64,000 nt of DNA from a virus. The position numbers and the translations under genes were made by a program. Position 1 is the stretch's first letter, and every line of letters begins with the position of its first letter. Location of the stretch: the IMG/VR virus record IMGVR_UViG_3300028196_000007, positions 22,140 to 86,139 of that record. The stretch is one strand, 5' to 3'. The notes under the pieces were generated by a model. It worked only from the letters and a program-made list of their open reading frames with translations. It was not told the DNA's origin and made no database searches. Positions 15,305-24,029 of this stretch are shown here, one piece after another.

Positions 15305-17340
15305 TATATCTTTCCTAATACTCTTCTTCCAGGTATTATACTACCACCACTTACTGAAAATGATAGTGTTGATTCAGAGCCTGAACGGAAGTCTACTTGT
15401 GTATATTTTGTTCCATTTTCTGATATTGAATGTAATATCCATGCTTTAACAGAGCAATGCCCTGCTCCTTGAATAGAAGAGTCAACAACAACGCCTGGAA
15501 TATATTTGCCATCTTTAACAGCATCATTCATTGTCATAGCTTTTAATCTGTCTTCTCTAAATTCTTTACCACTTTTAAGAAATTCGTAAGCTTTTCCACT
15601 AGGGTCTGCTCCATAAACTTTAAATAAAGGTAGTTCGGTTCTACCAAAATACATTTCTTTTTCTAGCTCAACAAATTCTTCTAATACTTTTGATACGTCT
15701 TTTATACTTCCTTTAGAGCTTTTTAACATAGCATTAAGATGCTGATACCCCATTACGTTTATCATAATTTTTAGCACATATTTTCTGCCTTCATCTACAC
15801 TTGATATTGACATTTTTTTAGGACCTGCTGATTGTGATGTTCTGTCTATTCCATCATCTGGAGCATCTAACATCTTTGACAACGTACTCCATTCACTGTT
15901 AGCAAGACTTAACAACATATCGATTTCTTTGTAGTTATTCTGCATTGCAAGTTTAGAACACATTTCAGCATAAGCGTTATATGAATATTTCTGCTTTGCC
16001 TCTTTAATTAGTTTTGATGAAGTGTTAAATCTTTTTTTCATAAAAGAATTTAATTTAGGTGTAGGCTTTGTTGTTTTCATACTTAGTTTTTTAACAATTC
16101 CACCACTAAAGTTTTTAATTTTATCTTTTGCCTTTACTATCAAATCTGTAAATGTATCTTTAATAAATTTTAATCCCTGCTTAAAGTAATCTCCTAGGCC
16201 TTCGCTTAGAATAAATTTTGATTCTTCGTATTTAAGTATTTCGTTTGTAAGCTGGAGTCTCCACGTATCACCTGGTGATTTTGTACCATACATATCTCTA
16301 AAGCTTCCAACAATTCTACCTAGTTGTGCGCCACCATCAGATTTTTTATTACTTATCTGATAGAATTCATCACCTGATTCTGTGGTACATTTACCATTAC
16401 TATCAAACGTAACTTTATCTTTTGCAATATTTGCAATTAGTGTTGCTGGCTGTGATTTTGTAATAATTGTGTCTGCTGTATTATCTTTAAATCCTTTTGA
16501 ATCTAGATTTTCATTTCCATATCCTGAACTATAAAACTTATTTATACTTTTATGTATAAAATTCCAGCCTTTACATCCGTGAGCCTCTGCAAATTTTTGT
16601 ACGCCTATTGCTAATTGTAGAGCTTGTAATAAATCTGGTATAGCTGTTAGCTTGCCTTTTAACTCACTGCCTCCTGCAGATTCACTTCCTAGTGCGCCTT
16701 CAAATGCAGATATTGCAGCTTGTTGGTCCGCGAGTGTCACATTAGGATTCATTATTTTATTATAGTGAGATACAGCATCGAAATACAGACCTGTACATGC
16801 AGCTGACTCTAGTGTTTTTTCGTTCCAGCTTACGTTAGATGAGCTCTTACCTTTGCCAACTTTACCAAACATTTGTTTAGCTGCAGCCTTTGATGCTGTA
16901 ATTTTATATACATCGCTACCTGATTTTACATAAAATGTAATACCTGAACTTATATTAACTTCGATTGCATTGTCAACAGGTGGTGATTTGAAGAACGGTC
17001 CTTTAGGTGCAGTAACTCCGCCTTTTGCAAATAAAGAATCTGTATTTTTAATTGAAACAAATTCAGTTCCAACAGAGTATTTATCTTCATATACAGAAGC
17101 TTCAGTTAGTAAGCTTTCTTTACTTACTATTTTTCCAACCTCTACACAAAATTGTTGGAATCTCTTTTCATCTCTATATGGATTTTTTATACTATCAATA
17201 TACGCGGATATAAAATCGTCGGAATATTTGTAGTCTCGTAAGACCGCTTCAAGTAACTCAAGATGATTTCTATTTTTTGGGTCAGGCATTCCGTCATTTA
17301 CTCTATATGCCCAATCTGTAATTAAATGATTTATATTCAT
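15304..17340 (-). CDS. Hypothetical late protein, possibly internal head protein
   Basis: 678 aa; class A motif at 17358-17366; LLTE, LTNE, ILSE and LIKE resemble prohead-protease sites. Confidence 0.7.
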   Translation of the reverse strand: MNINHLITDWAYRVNDGMPDPKNRNHLELLEAVLRDYKYSDDFISAYIDSIKNPYRDEKRFQQFCVEVGKIVSKESLLTEASVYEDKYSVGTEFVSIKNTDSLFAKGGVTAPKGPFFKSPPVDNAIEVNISSGITFYVKSGSDVYKITASKAAAKQMFGKVGKGKSSSNVSWNEKTLESAACTGLYFDAVSHYNKIMNPNVTLADQQAAISAFEGALGSESAGGSELKGKLTAIPDLLQALQLAIGVQKFAEAHGCKGWNFIHKSINKFYSSGYGNENLDSKGFKDNTADTIITKSQPATLIANIAKDKVTFDSNGKCTTESGDEFYQISNKKSDGGAQLGRIVGSFRDMYGTKSPGDTWRLQLTNEILKYEESKFILSEGLGDYFKQGLKFIKDTFTDLIVKAKDKIKNFSGGIVKKLSMKTTKPTPKLNSFMKKRFNTSSKLIKEAKQKYSYNAYAEMCSKLAMQNNYKEIDMLLSLANSEWSTLSKMLDAPDDGIDRTSQSAGPKKMSISSVDEGRKYVLKIMINVMGYQHLNAMLKSSKGSIKDVSKVLEEFVELEKEMYFGRTELPLFKVYGADPSGKAYEFLKSGKEFREDRLKAMTMNDAVKDGKYIPGVVVDSSIQGAGHCSVKAWILHSISENGTKYTQVDFRSGSESTLSFSVSGGSIIPGRRVLGKI

Positions 17341-17370
17341 AGTTATCCCTTTATCTATATAAATATCAAA

Positions 17371-18381
17371 TTAGAGGTCCAAAGACCTCATATTGTGATA
17401 GTCTCTACCTATTTTAAGCTTAGTAGGAAAAACCATTAGTTTCTTTATTTCCTTTAAAATTTCTTTTCCATCATCTGAACTAATATCAAATACAAAAGCA
17501 TCGTATACATAAAGAATCATCTTGCTAAATTTATTTTCTAACATATCTAAAATATTTTTTAGATTTTCAGAATTCTTTTCTGTTTCGAATGCTTGTATAA
17601 AATAGTTAAATAATTTTTGAGGATTCATATCCTTAAAATTTCTTTTATAAAACCTTCGCTTTAAAATTGGTGTTTCTATATAACCTTTACTATTATAAAT
17701 ATCCCACAACTTAAAAATATAATCATTAGTCTTGCTGAAATATTCTATATGTAAAAACTCTTTTGGAATACCTCCATATAGTATTTGAAAACTTATTTTT
17801 TTAGAGTCATTATATTGCTCATCGGTTAGGTTATCTGTGTCGAAATAAAGTTTACCTAGATATTTGTGGAAACTACCTTCTGGCTGTTCTATGCCTATAA
17901 GCTCTGCAATTAGTCTAAGATGATACGCGTCATAGTCAAGCTCTGCAATAATACCACCTTGATGCCTGCTTATGTATTTCATTCTTGTGCCGTCTTCTTT
18001 ATTAAGAGCAGCATAGTTTATACCATTTTTAGAGTTGGAAGGTCTGCCTGTAGTTGTGAATACGTTGTATTTTGTATACTCAAATCCATCTTCAGTCCAC
18101 AAGCCGCTTTCTTCAATTTTTCTAAAAGTATTAACAACATTATCATTATAAGATTGAAATATGCTATCAGACACATCAGGAATCGCATGCGATATAGCGT
18201 TTAAATGGTCTTTTTCTTCTCTAATCTTGTTAGAAGGTATAATGTCATATATGTTATATCGATCACCGTAAAGCCTTTTATAAAAAGTGTTTATAGGCAA
18301 ATCTAGACTATGAATATCTATAGACTTGTTATTGTGTAGATAGTGTTTTATTTGTATTTTATTTCGAAGTTCAGATAACAT
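17371..18381 (-). CDS. Stand-alone, divergent family A DNA polymerase domain
   Basis: TTTGRPSN; motif A DYDAYHLRL; motif B SKKISFQILYGG; FNYFIQA; motif C YVYDAF. Confidence 0.85.
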   Translation of the reverse strand: MLSELRNKIQIKHYLHNNKSIDIHSLDLPINTFYKRLYGDRYNIYDIIPSNKIREEKDHLNAISHAIPDVSDSIFQSYNDNVVNTFRKIEESGLWTEDGFEYTKYNVFTTTGRPSNSKNGINYAALNKEDGTRMKYISRHQGGIIAELDYDAYHLRLIAELIGIEQPEGSFHKYLGKLYFDTDNLTDEQYNDSKKISFQILYGGIPKEFLHIEYFSKTNDYIFKLWDIYNSKGYIETPILKRRFYKRNFKDMNPQKLFNYFIQAFETEKNSENLKNILDMLENKFSKMILYVYDAFVFDISSDDGKEILKEIKKLMVFPTKLKIGRDYHNMRSLDL

Positions 18382-18386
18382 GTATC

Positions 18387-18416
18387 TAATATAACAAAAT
18401 TATCTGAAATATAAAA
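18387..18416 (-). promoter_or_regulatory. Class B promoter motif (probably leaderless)
   Basis: TTTTATATTTCAGA-N6-TGTTATATTA; TATATT ends 6 nt before ATG 18381. Confidence 0.7.
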
Positions 18417-19247
18417 TTATTTAGGTAGTTTTATTTTTGGCCTGTAATATGGGTCGTCGTTTACATCATATATATATTTTGCGCACCAATAATTATCTCT
18501 AACTTCTGCGTCAAATTTTTCACAAACTCCATTTTCATAAAAAAAGCAATTTGCACAATTTTGATTAGGAGGCACCAAAGCGTTAACTTGTTCAGTTCCT
18601 AAGTTGCCTATCTGAAATGCTGCTGGTAAATTTGTAGGTACTAGCATTTCCCCTCCTTCGTATATTCTTCTACCATCAGGACTTGTAGATACGCCTTTAG
18701 GGTTTGCTGGCCAATTCATATAGTCTGTAGGTAGTACAAATTTATGAATATTTTTTATTGTCTGCTTCGCTTCCAATATTGCCTCATAATTAAGCCCTAC
18801 AGCTTTTGTAGAAATTTTTAATTTTATTTCTACCCATAATAAGTTTTTATGATAAGGTGTGCTGTCTTTTTTAAAGTACTTATACTGCTCTTTGTCAACC
18901 TCGCATATTGCGCCTGTATTTTGTACTTCTGTAAAATATCTAGTATACTCACCTTTTTCTATTTCTTTTTCTGTAAGTTTGTGTTTATAAGGAACAGGTT
19001 CCCTAAAGTTTCTATTATACTCAGGCTTTATCTCGTCATATAAAATGTTGTTTTTAGATGCCTGAAATGGATACAGCCGCATATTTTTCTGTACTTCTTT
19101 TGTCATTGACTCACCACCAAAAGGGTTGCCAGCATAGAATACTATCGGACCTATATATTCTGCAATTCGACCTTTTTTATCTTTTGTCATCCACTCTTTA
19201 CCTGGAGTAAATCCTTTCGTAATATATTTCTTTTTATATACTCTCAT
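18417..19247 (-). CDS. Hypothetical protein with C-terminal HiPIP-like four-Cys domain
   Basis: NCANCFFY..GVCEKF...V...YWCAKY. Confidence 0.6.
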   Translation of the reverse strand: MRVYKKKYITKGFTPGKEWMTKDKKGRIAEYIGPIVFYAGNPFGGESMTKEVQKNMRLYPFQASKNNILYDEIKPEYNRNFREPVPYKHKLTEKEIEKGEYTRYFTEVQNTGAICEVDKEQYKYFKKDSTPYHKNLLWVEIKLKISTKAVGLNYEAILEAKQTIKNIHKFVLPTDYMNWPANPKGVSTSPDGRRIYEGGEMLVPTNLPAAFQIGNLGTEQVNALVPPNQNCANCFFYENGVCEKFDAEVRDNYWCAKYIYDVNDDPYYRPKIKLPK

Positions 19248-19254
19248 GATAAAC

Positions 19255-21279
19255 CTATTCTGCTATTCTTAATGCAGTTTCTATACTTGTTGTCCAGTCT
19301 TGTTGAGATACAGAATGTTTTATACTTGTCACTTGAAACTGGTGCTTTACGGCAAGTACAGATGACGTTTGGTCTGTTGTAAACATCATCCCCCAGTGCA
19401 GCCCTCCTATTCCATCAAACGTTCCATCAAAACCAATAGGTACTACAGTACCACCTACATCAGTTGGTGGTTTTATTTTATTCCAATATGCTTTCATAGC
19501 TCCTTTAACTTCATCAACAGCTTCATCGTCTCTATTATCAGCTAGCGTTGCCATTGCATCTTCAAGTGCTTTTTTAGGGTCTGCAGCTTCACCATCTCCA
19601 CTTTTTGAAGTACCTCCTGAATCCGGACGGCATTTTTCACCAAAATTAAGAGTATTGTCAAGCTGCTGGTTTCCCATCATTGTATCTTTTATACCTTCAG
19701 CATAATCGAAGTACGCTCCTTGTGGTTCATCTGTATTTTTAGCTCCTTTTTTAGTTTTTCTTTGGGTTCCCATCATTATAGAATGTCGAAGTGCTTGAGG
19801 TATTTCAGTACTCATTCCCCAATTTCTACAAGACGTGTTACCATATATATTTAAGTTAGGATAGGTTGTTATATTTGGTACATAGTTCTTGTCTATTATT
19901 CTCATTGTTGAAGGGTCTGACGGGTCGTCTACTAGTTCTATATTCCAAAAACCACCACACACGTCGTTAACTTTTCTTGCAACTTTAAGTACATACTCAT
20001 CTATTGTTTTAGAATCCTGAAATGTTTTCCAAAGAAAGAATGTGTTTAGAAGTACTCTTCCTAAGTACAAGTAACCGTTAGAATGAACTGCAGGTTTGGC
20101 TCCTTGCAGACCTTGTGCTTTTTTAATACCAAATGATGAACCATTATCACCGCCTGTTGCATTTCCGCTATACCAGTGAAACCTACCTGGAATTAAACAA
20201 ACCCATGGGTCAGCTGACGCATAAGGCAGACCTGCAGGACATTTCATTCTAGATTCTGAACTATCAAGTCTCCATACAAAACCTTTGTTCCATTTTATCA
20301 TATGTGATTCAATACCTACTGATTTAAGTACTTTACTTTTTGCGTGGCCTGGAGTTACTGGTGCCATACCTGAAACTATAGTTGACTCCCACCAGTTCCA
20401 TGTCACATAATAATTCATAGTTGGAGAACCAAAAAATCCTGTTACGTTATCCCACCACGATGTGTCTTCTTTTGCATCTTCATCTAGATTTACCGAACCT
20501 CCGGCATAAATCGTTTGTATTTTCCACGGATGGTTTTCTCTTATATTTCTTTCAGCAATATCTTTTAGTGCAACTTTCATCCAATTTCCATTACCATCAC
20601 CTTTGTCATCTTCTTCTTTACCAGCACAGCCTGCAGCTCCTTTATTTGAAACATCAATAGGTCCACTTATGTAAGCTTTACCTGGTGAATCTATTGTAAT
20701 ATCACACGAATAAGATTTTGTTGCAGGATCGAACGACCAATTGAAGTCTGATATAACACCTAGCATAGCATCCATACATCCTTTTTCTGCTTTAATCTTA
20801 TCCTGTATATCTATCTGTCCTTGATTCCAACTTTCAAAACTTGTTGCAGAAAGCTTTGTTATTGTTCCACCAGCAGAATCCATGTTCCAACCCCATTGAG
20901 CAAAAGCTGTAAGTCCTGGTACGAAGTAAGCACGCTGAGCTTTTTTAAGCTGGTCTAAAGAATATAGCGTAAATTTAACTGTAGATTTTTTCATAGAACC
21001 GTTAGTACCTGTTGTATTAACTTCTATAGATTGTAATACAGGTGATGCAACAAGTCTTCCACTAGCTGCTTTATCATAAAAATCTGATTGTTTTCTTTTT
21101 TCGTACCCTGCTATAGGCATTGGTTCGCTTGAAAAAGATGTTAGATGCATCCAGGGTTTCTTTGAAACTTTCCATTTAGATGCAGGATTTGCTTTACCTC
21201 TTGCATTTATTTCATCTGCCACTGCATCTGGAATAGTAGCATTATTCAAATAAAAAGATGATGGTTTTTGCATTGCCAT
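19255..21279 (-). CDS. Probable baseplate hub protein (gp27-like)
   Basis: Position in baseplate module; C-terminal GIGG...FQVTSIKHSV...WTTSIE typical of hub proteins. Confidence 0.55.
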   Translation of the reverse strand: MAMQKPSSFYLNNATIPDAVADEINARGKANPASKWKVSKKPWMHLTSFSSEPMPIAGYEKRKQSDFYDKAASGRLVASPVLQSIEVNTTGTNGSMKKSTVKFTLYSLDQLKKAQRAYFVPGLTAFAQWGWNMDSAGGTITKLSATSFESWNQGQIDIQDKIKAEKGCMDAMLGVISDFNWSFDPATKSYSCDITIDSPGKAYISGPIDVSNKGAAGCAGKEEDDKGDGNGNWMKVALKDIAERNIRENHPWKIQTIYAGGSVNLDEDAKEDTSWWDNVTGFFGSPTMNYYVTWNWWESTIVSGMAPVTPGHAKSKVLKSVGIESHMIKWNKGFVWRLDSSESRMKCPAGLPYASADPWVCLIPGRFHWYSGNATGGDNGSSFGIKKAQGLQGAKPAVHSNGYLYLGRVLLNTFFLWKTFQDSKTIDEYVLKVARKVNDVCGGFWNIELVDDPSDPSTMRIIDKNYVPNITTYPNLNIYGNTSCRNWGMSTEIPQALRHSIMMGTQRKTKKGAKNTDEPQGAYFDYAEGIKDTMMGNQQLDNTLNFGEKCRPDSGGTSKSGDGEAADPKKALEDAMATLADNRDDEAVDEVKGAMKAYWNKIKPPTDVGGTVVPIGFDGTFDGIGGLHWGMMFTTDQTSSVLAVKHQFQVTSIKHSVSQQDWTTSIETALRIAE

Positions 21280-21281
21280 AA

Positions 21282-21686
21282 TTATTCCTCTTCTGTTTCA
21301 GGCTGCGGTGCCTGATATAACCTTTCTTTTAACATTGCTTGATATTCATCTATTATTTTAGGTAGTCTATCAGGATGAGGTATTCTAATTCTCTGTCCTG
21401 GTTTAACATACATTGAACCTTTACCTATTCCTTCTTTCATACTTGTTGTAATACCATAATTAGTAGATCTGTCAAGCTTATTTCCATTAGCTATAATCCA
21501 CCACAGCGTTACGTCATCATAATATTGGTATGCTAAATTATCAAGTCTATCCTCTTGTAACACATCGATATAATAATCATCTACGTGTCGTTCTATTTTA
21601 GGATATATTATTGTTGCATAAACCTTTTTAGGTTTTAAATTAAATTTGTCAGTTCTTTTAGTTTTATTAGACTCATATCTTTTCAT
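21282..21686 (-). CDS. LysM-like baseplate wedge protein (gp53 / tail X-like)
   Basis: DRLDNLAYQYYDDVTLWWIIANGN...PGQRIRIP. Confidence 0.8.
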   Translation of the reverse strand: MKRYESNKTKRTDKFNLKPKKVYATIIYPKIERHVDDYYIDVLQEDRLDNLAYQYYDDVTLWWIIANGNKLDRSTNYGITTSMKEGIGKGSMYVKPGQRIRIPHPDRLPKIIDEYQAMLKERLYQAPQPETEEE

Positions 21687-21688
21687 TG

Positions 21689-24028
21689 TTAGCTCCAGAT
21701 TTCAGATTTAAAGAATTGTCCACCAGATTGCCATATTGTACCATCTGCATTAACCAAGAATTTACCACTCATTTTTATGTCAAATAACATAGGCAATTCT
21801 TTTCCTGAAGTTTCTTTACCTTCTCCATGATTTATATCCCAGCCTGCATCTAAATTTACAGTATAGTCAAAGCTGTCAACTATACAAGGTATATTATCCC
21901 AAAGATGTCCTACAGTTATTTTTTGGATTCTACCACCACCAACTTCGCTATACATTTTTGGTGATATATAACCCATAATACTGTTAAGTGTTTTGTAATT
22001 CTGCTTTAGTTCTTCAGATGTAAATGCGGGCATTGTTAAACCTAAGCTCCATTCTCTAGATATTTTATCGAACATATAAGCATTAACAGGATTACCTGCA
22101 TATGATATCTCTGAGTATGATGGGCTAAGCTTGTCACTTATTTCTGTTATATAAGCACGTAATTTAATATCATCGTTGAATCTTATTTTTACGTAATCTT
22201 TTCCATAATCTAAGTCAGATTCTGACTCACCTGGTTTTGTTGCGCCATAATCTTTTATTCCAATTCGTTTAACAGAATTATTTTCATAACTATCTGTATC
22301 ATCTTTCTTTCTAAAATCTCTAAAAGATTTAGGGTTTCTTCTATGATTACCTAAGTCTATATAACTAAATACTGAAAATTCTTTATCTCCACTTCCTGGA
22401 TAAATCTCTCCACTGTTAGCAGGTGATTGTACATATAAGTTCTTATCTGTATTCTTTGTAGCTTTAGGTGCGCCTTGAGTATCTTCATCTATACCAAATT
22501 TAGATTGTTCGAAAGTTTCAAGGTCTGGGTTTCCATATTTATTATCACCTGCATCGTTTCCAAACTTGTCATGTATTCCAGAATAATCTTTTGTTTTGTA
22601 CTTACCTTGATTAACTCCTGTTGGGTCGATGTCTCCTTCATGTTTTGGAAAGCCTTTCCAGCTATCAGTTGAATCCTGCACATAAGGTTCATATCCATTG
22701 TCGCCTTTAAAAGTAAGAATACCTAAAGATAAATCTTCATTGTCTTCACCTTTAGAAGCTTCTGATATTTTTCCGTCATCATAGTGAGTTGTAGCTTTCT
22801 GCTTGTAATAAGGTTCATCAGGTGTATACAGAAAAGTACTTTCTAATCTTCTACCAGATGTATGTTTATATATTGTAGATTGTCCTATTCCAAAGAAAGA
22901 ATGAGGTCCCATAATTCCTGATAGTCTTTTTATAGGTTGACCTACTCCTCTCATTTTTGCAAGCATTGTTGTAAATTTAGTGTAAAGCTTTTCTAGACCT
23001 TTTAGCTTTTGAGGCATTAAGCCTTTACGAGGATTTTTAAAAAACCCAACTTCCATATCTTCACCTAGCTTCACAAGTCTATTATCTCCACCAGGACTTC
23101 CAGGGTTTTTATTTTCTATTGCAGATACTATTCTTTCATATGTAATATCTCTAGGATTTAATTGACCTAGTGAATGTCTGTCTCCGTGTATACCTAAAGC
23201 GCTTAATGGTACTTGAAGTGCTAAAGCTAGTGGATTGTATATTCTGTCAGCATTAGGTAAGCCTAGCTGCCAAAACTGTTTTTTAGGATTTGTTGCCTGA
23301 AGACCGAACTGTTTTAAGTTAAACAACAAGCCATCAGGGCTTACCATGTATTTAGCAATTCTAGCAGTATCTATTACTGGAGCTGTTAACATGTTTATTC
23401 TTTCAAATAATCCTGATGGATTATCTTTACCTCTCTGTATACCTCTCTGCATAAATGGTGATTTTAGCCAAAGTGGAGACCTAGGGTTATTTCTTTCTGC
23501 TTCAGTTCTTATATCGACAAAATCATTTTTACCTACTTTTTTATAAAACTGGTCTACCTGGTCATTCTTAACCCTCATCTTTCTAATGTTGCCAGCAACT
23601 CCTGCAGGAATAGAATCATTACCATCCCAAGGTTCATCAGTTGGTCTAACTCTTGCGAAATAGTTATTGTATTGCAATCTAGTAAATGTATTTGATGAAC
23701 CACCTATAGGAAGTTTTTCATTAAACTTAAATTTTGTAGTACCATCTCTTTTATCAGGCTGTGAGTCTATTTTTAAAAAACCTGACGTCATATTATTCAT
23801 GTGAGTTATTTTAGGTGTGCCTTGAGCTGCAAATATAGGCACTCTATCACCTGGCGTTAGTCCAGCAAATAATTGTAATAATGCGCTTTGCTTAGGTTTT
23901 ACTTTAGCCATAGGTGATATAGGGTTTGTTGTAGAATGAGCATCACCAATTATTTTAGGACTAATAATATCGTTCCTATTCTTTCCACTTAAGTAGTATT
24001 CTTCTAGATTTTTAAAATTAAATGCCAT
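21689..24028 (-). CDS. Baseplate/tube-initiator-like structural protein
   Basis: Follows the tape measure; C-terminal RAYITEISD...YAG...LPM region resembles tube-initiator (gp48/gp54-like) domains. Confidence 0.55.
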   Translation of the reverse strand: MAFNFKNLEEYYLSGKNRNDIISPKIIGDAHSTTNPISPMAKVKPKQSALLQLFAGLTPGDRVPIFAAQGTPKITHMNNMTSGFLKIDSQPDKRDGTTKFKFNEKLPIGGSSNTFTRLQYNNYFARVRPTDEPWDGNDSIPAGVAGNIRKMRVKNDQVDQFYKKVGKNDFVDIRTEAERNNPRSPLWLKSPFMQRGIQRGKDNPSGLFERINMLTAPVIDTARIAKYMVSPDGLLFNLKQFGLQATNPKKQFWQLGLPNADRIYNPLALALQVPLSALGIHGDRHSLGQLNPRDITYERIVSAIENKNPGSPGGDNRLVKLGEDMEVGFFKNPRKGLMPQKLKGLEKLYTKFTTMLAKMRGVGQPIKRLSGIMGPHSFFGIGQSTIYKHTSGRRLESTFLYTPDEPYYKQKATTHYDDGKISEASKGEDNEDLSLGILTFKGDNGYEPYVQDSTDSWKGFPKHEGDIDPTGVNQGKYKTKDYSGIHDKFGNDAGDNKYGNPDLETFEQSKFGIDEDTQGAPKATKNTDKNLYVQSPANSGEIYPGSGDKEFSVFSYIDLGNHRRNPKSFRDFRKKDDTDSYENNSVKRIGIKDYGATKPGESESDLDYGKDYVKIRFNDDIKLRAYITEISDKLSPSYSEISYAGNPVNAYMFDKISREWSLGLTMPAFTSEELKQNYKTLNSIMGYISPKMYSEVGGGRIQKITVGHLWDNIPCIVDSFDYTVNLDAGWDINHGEGKETSGKELPMLFDIKMSGKFLVNADGTIWQSGGQFFKSEIWS

Positions 24029-24029
24029 G

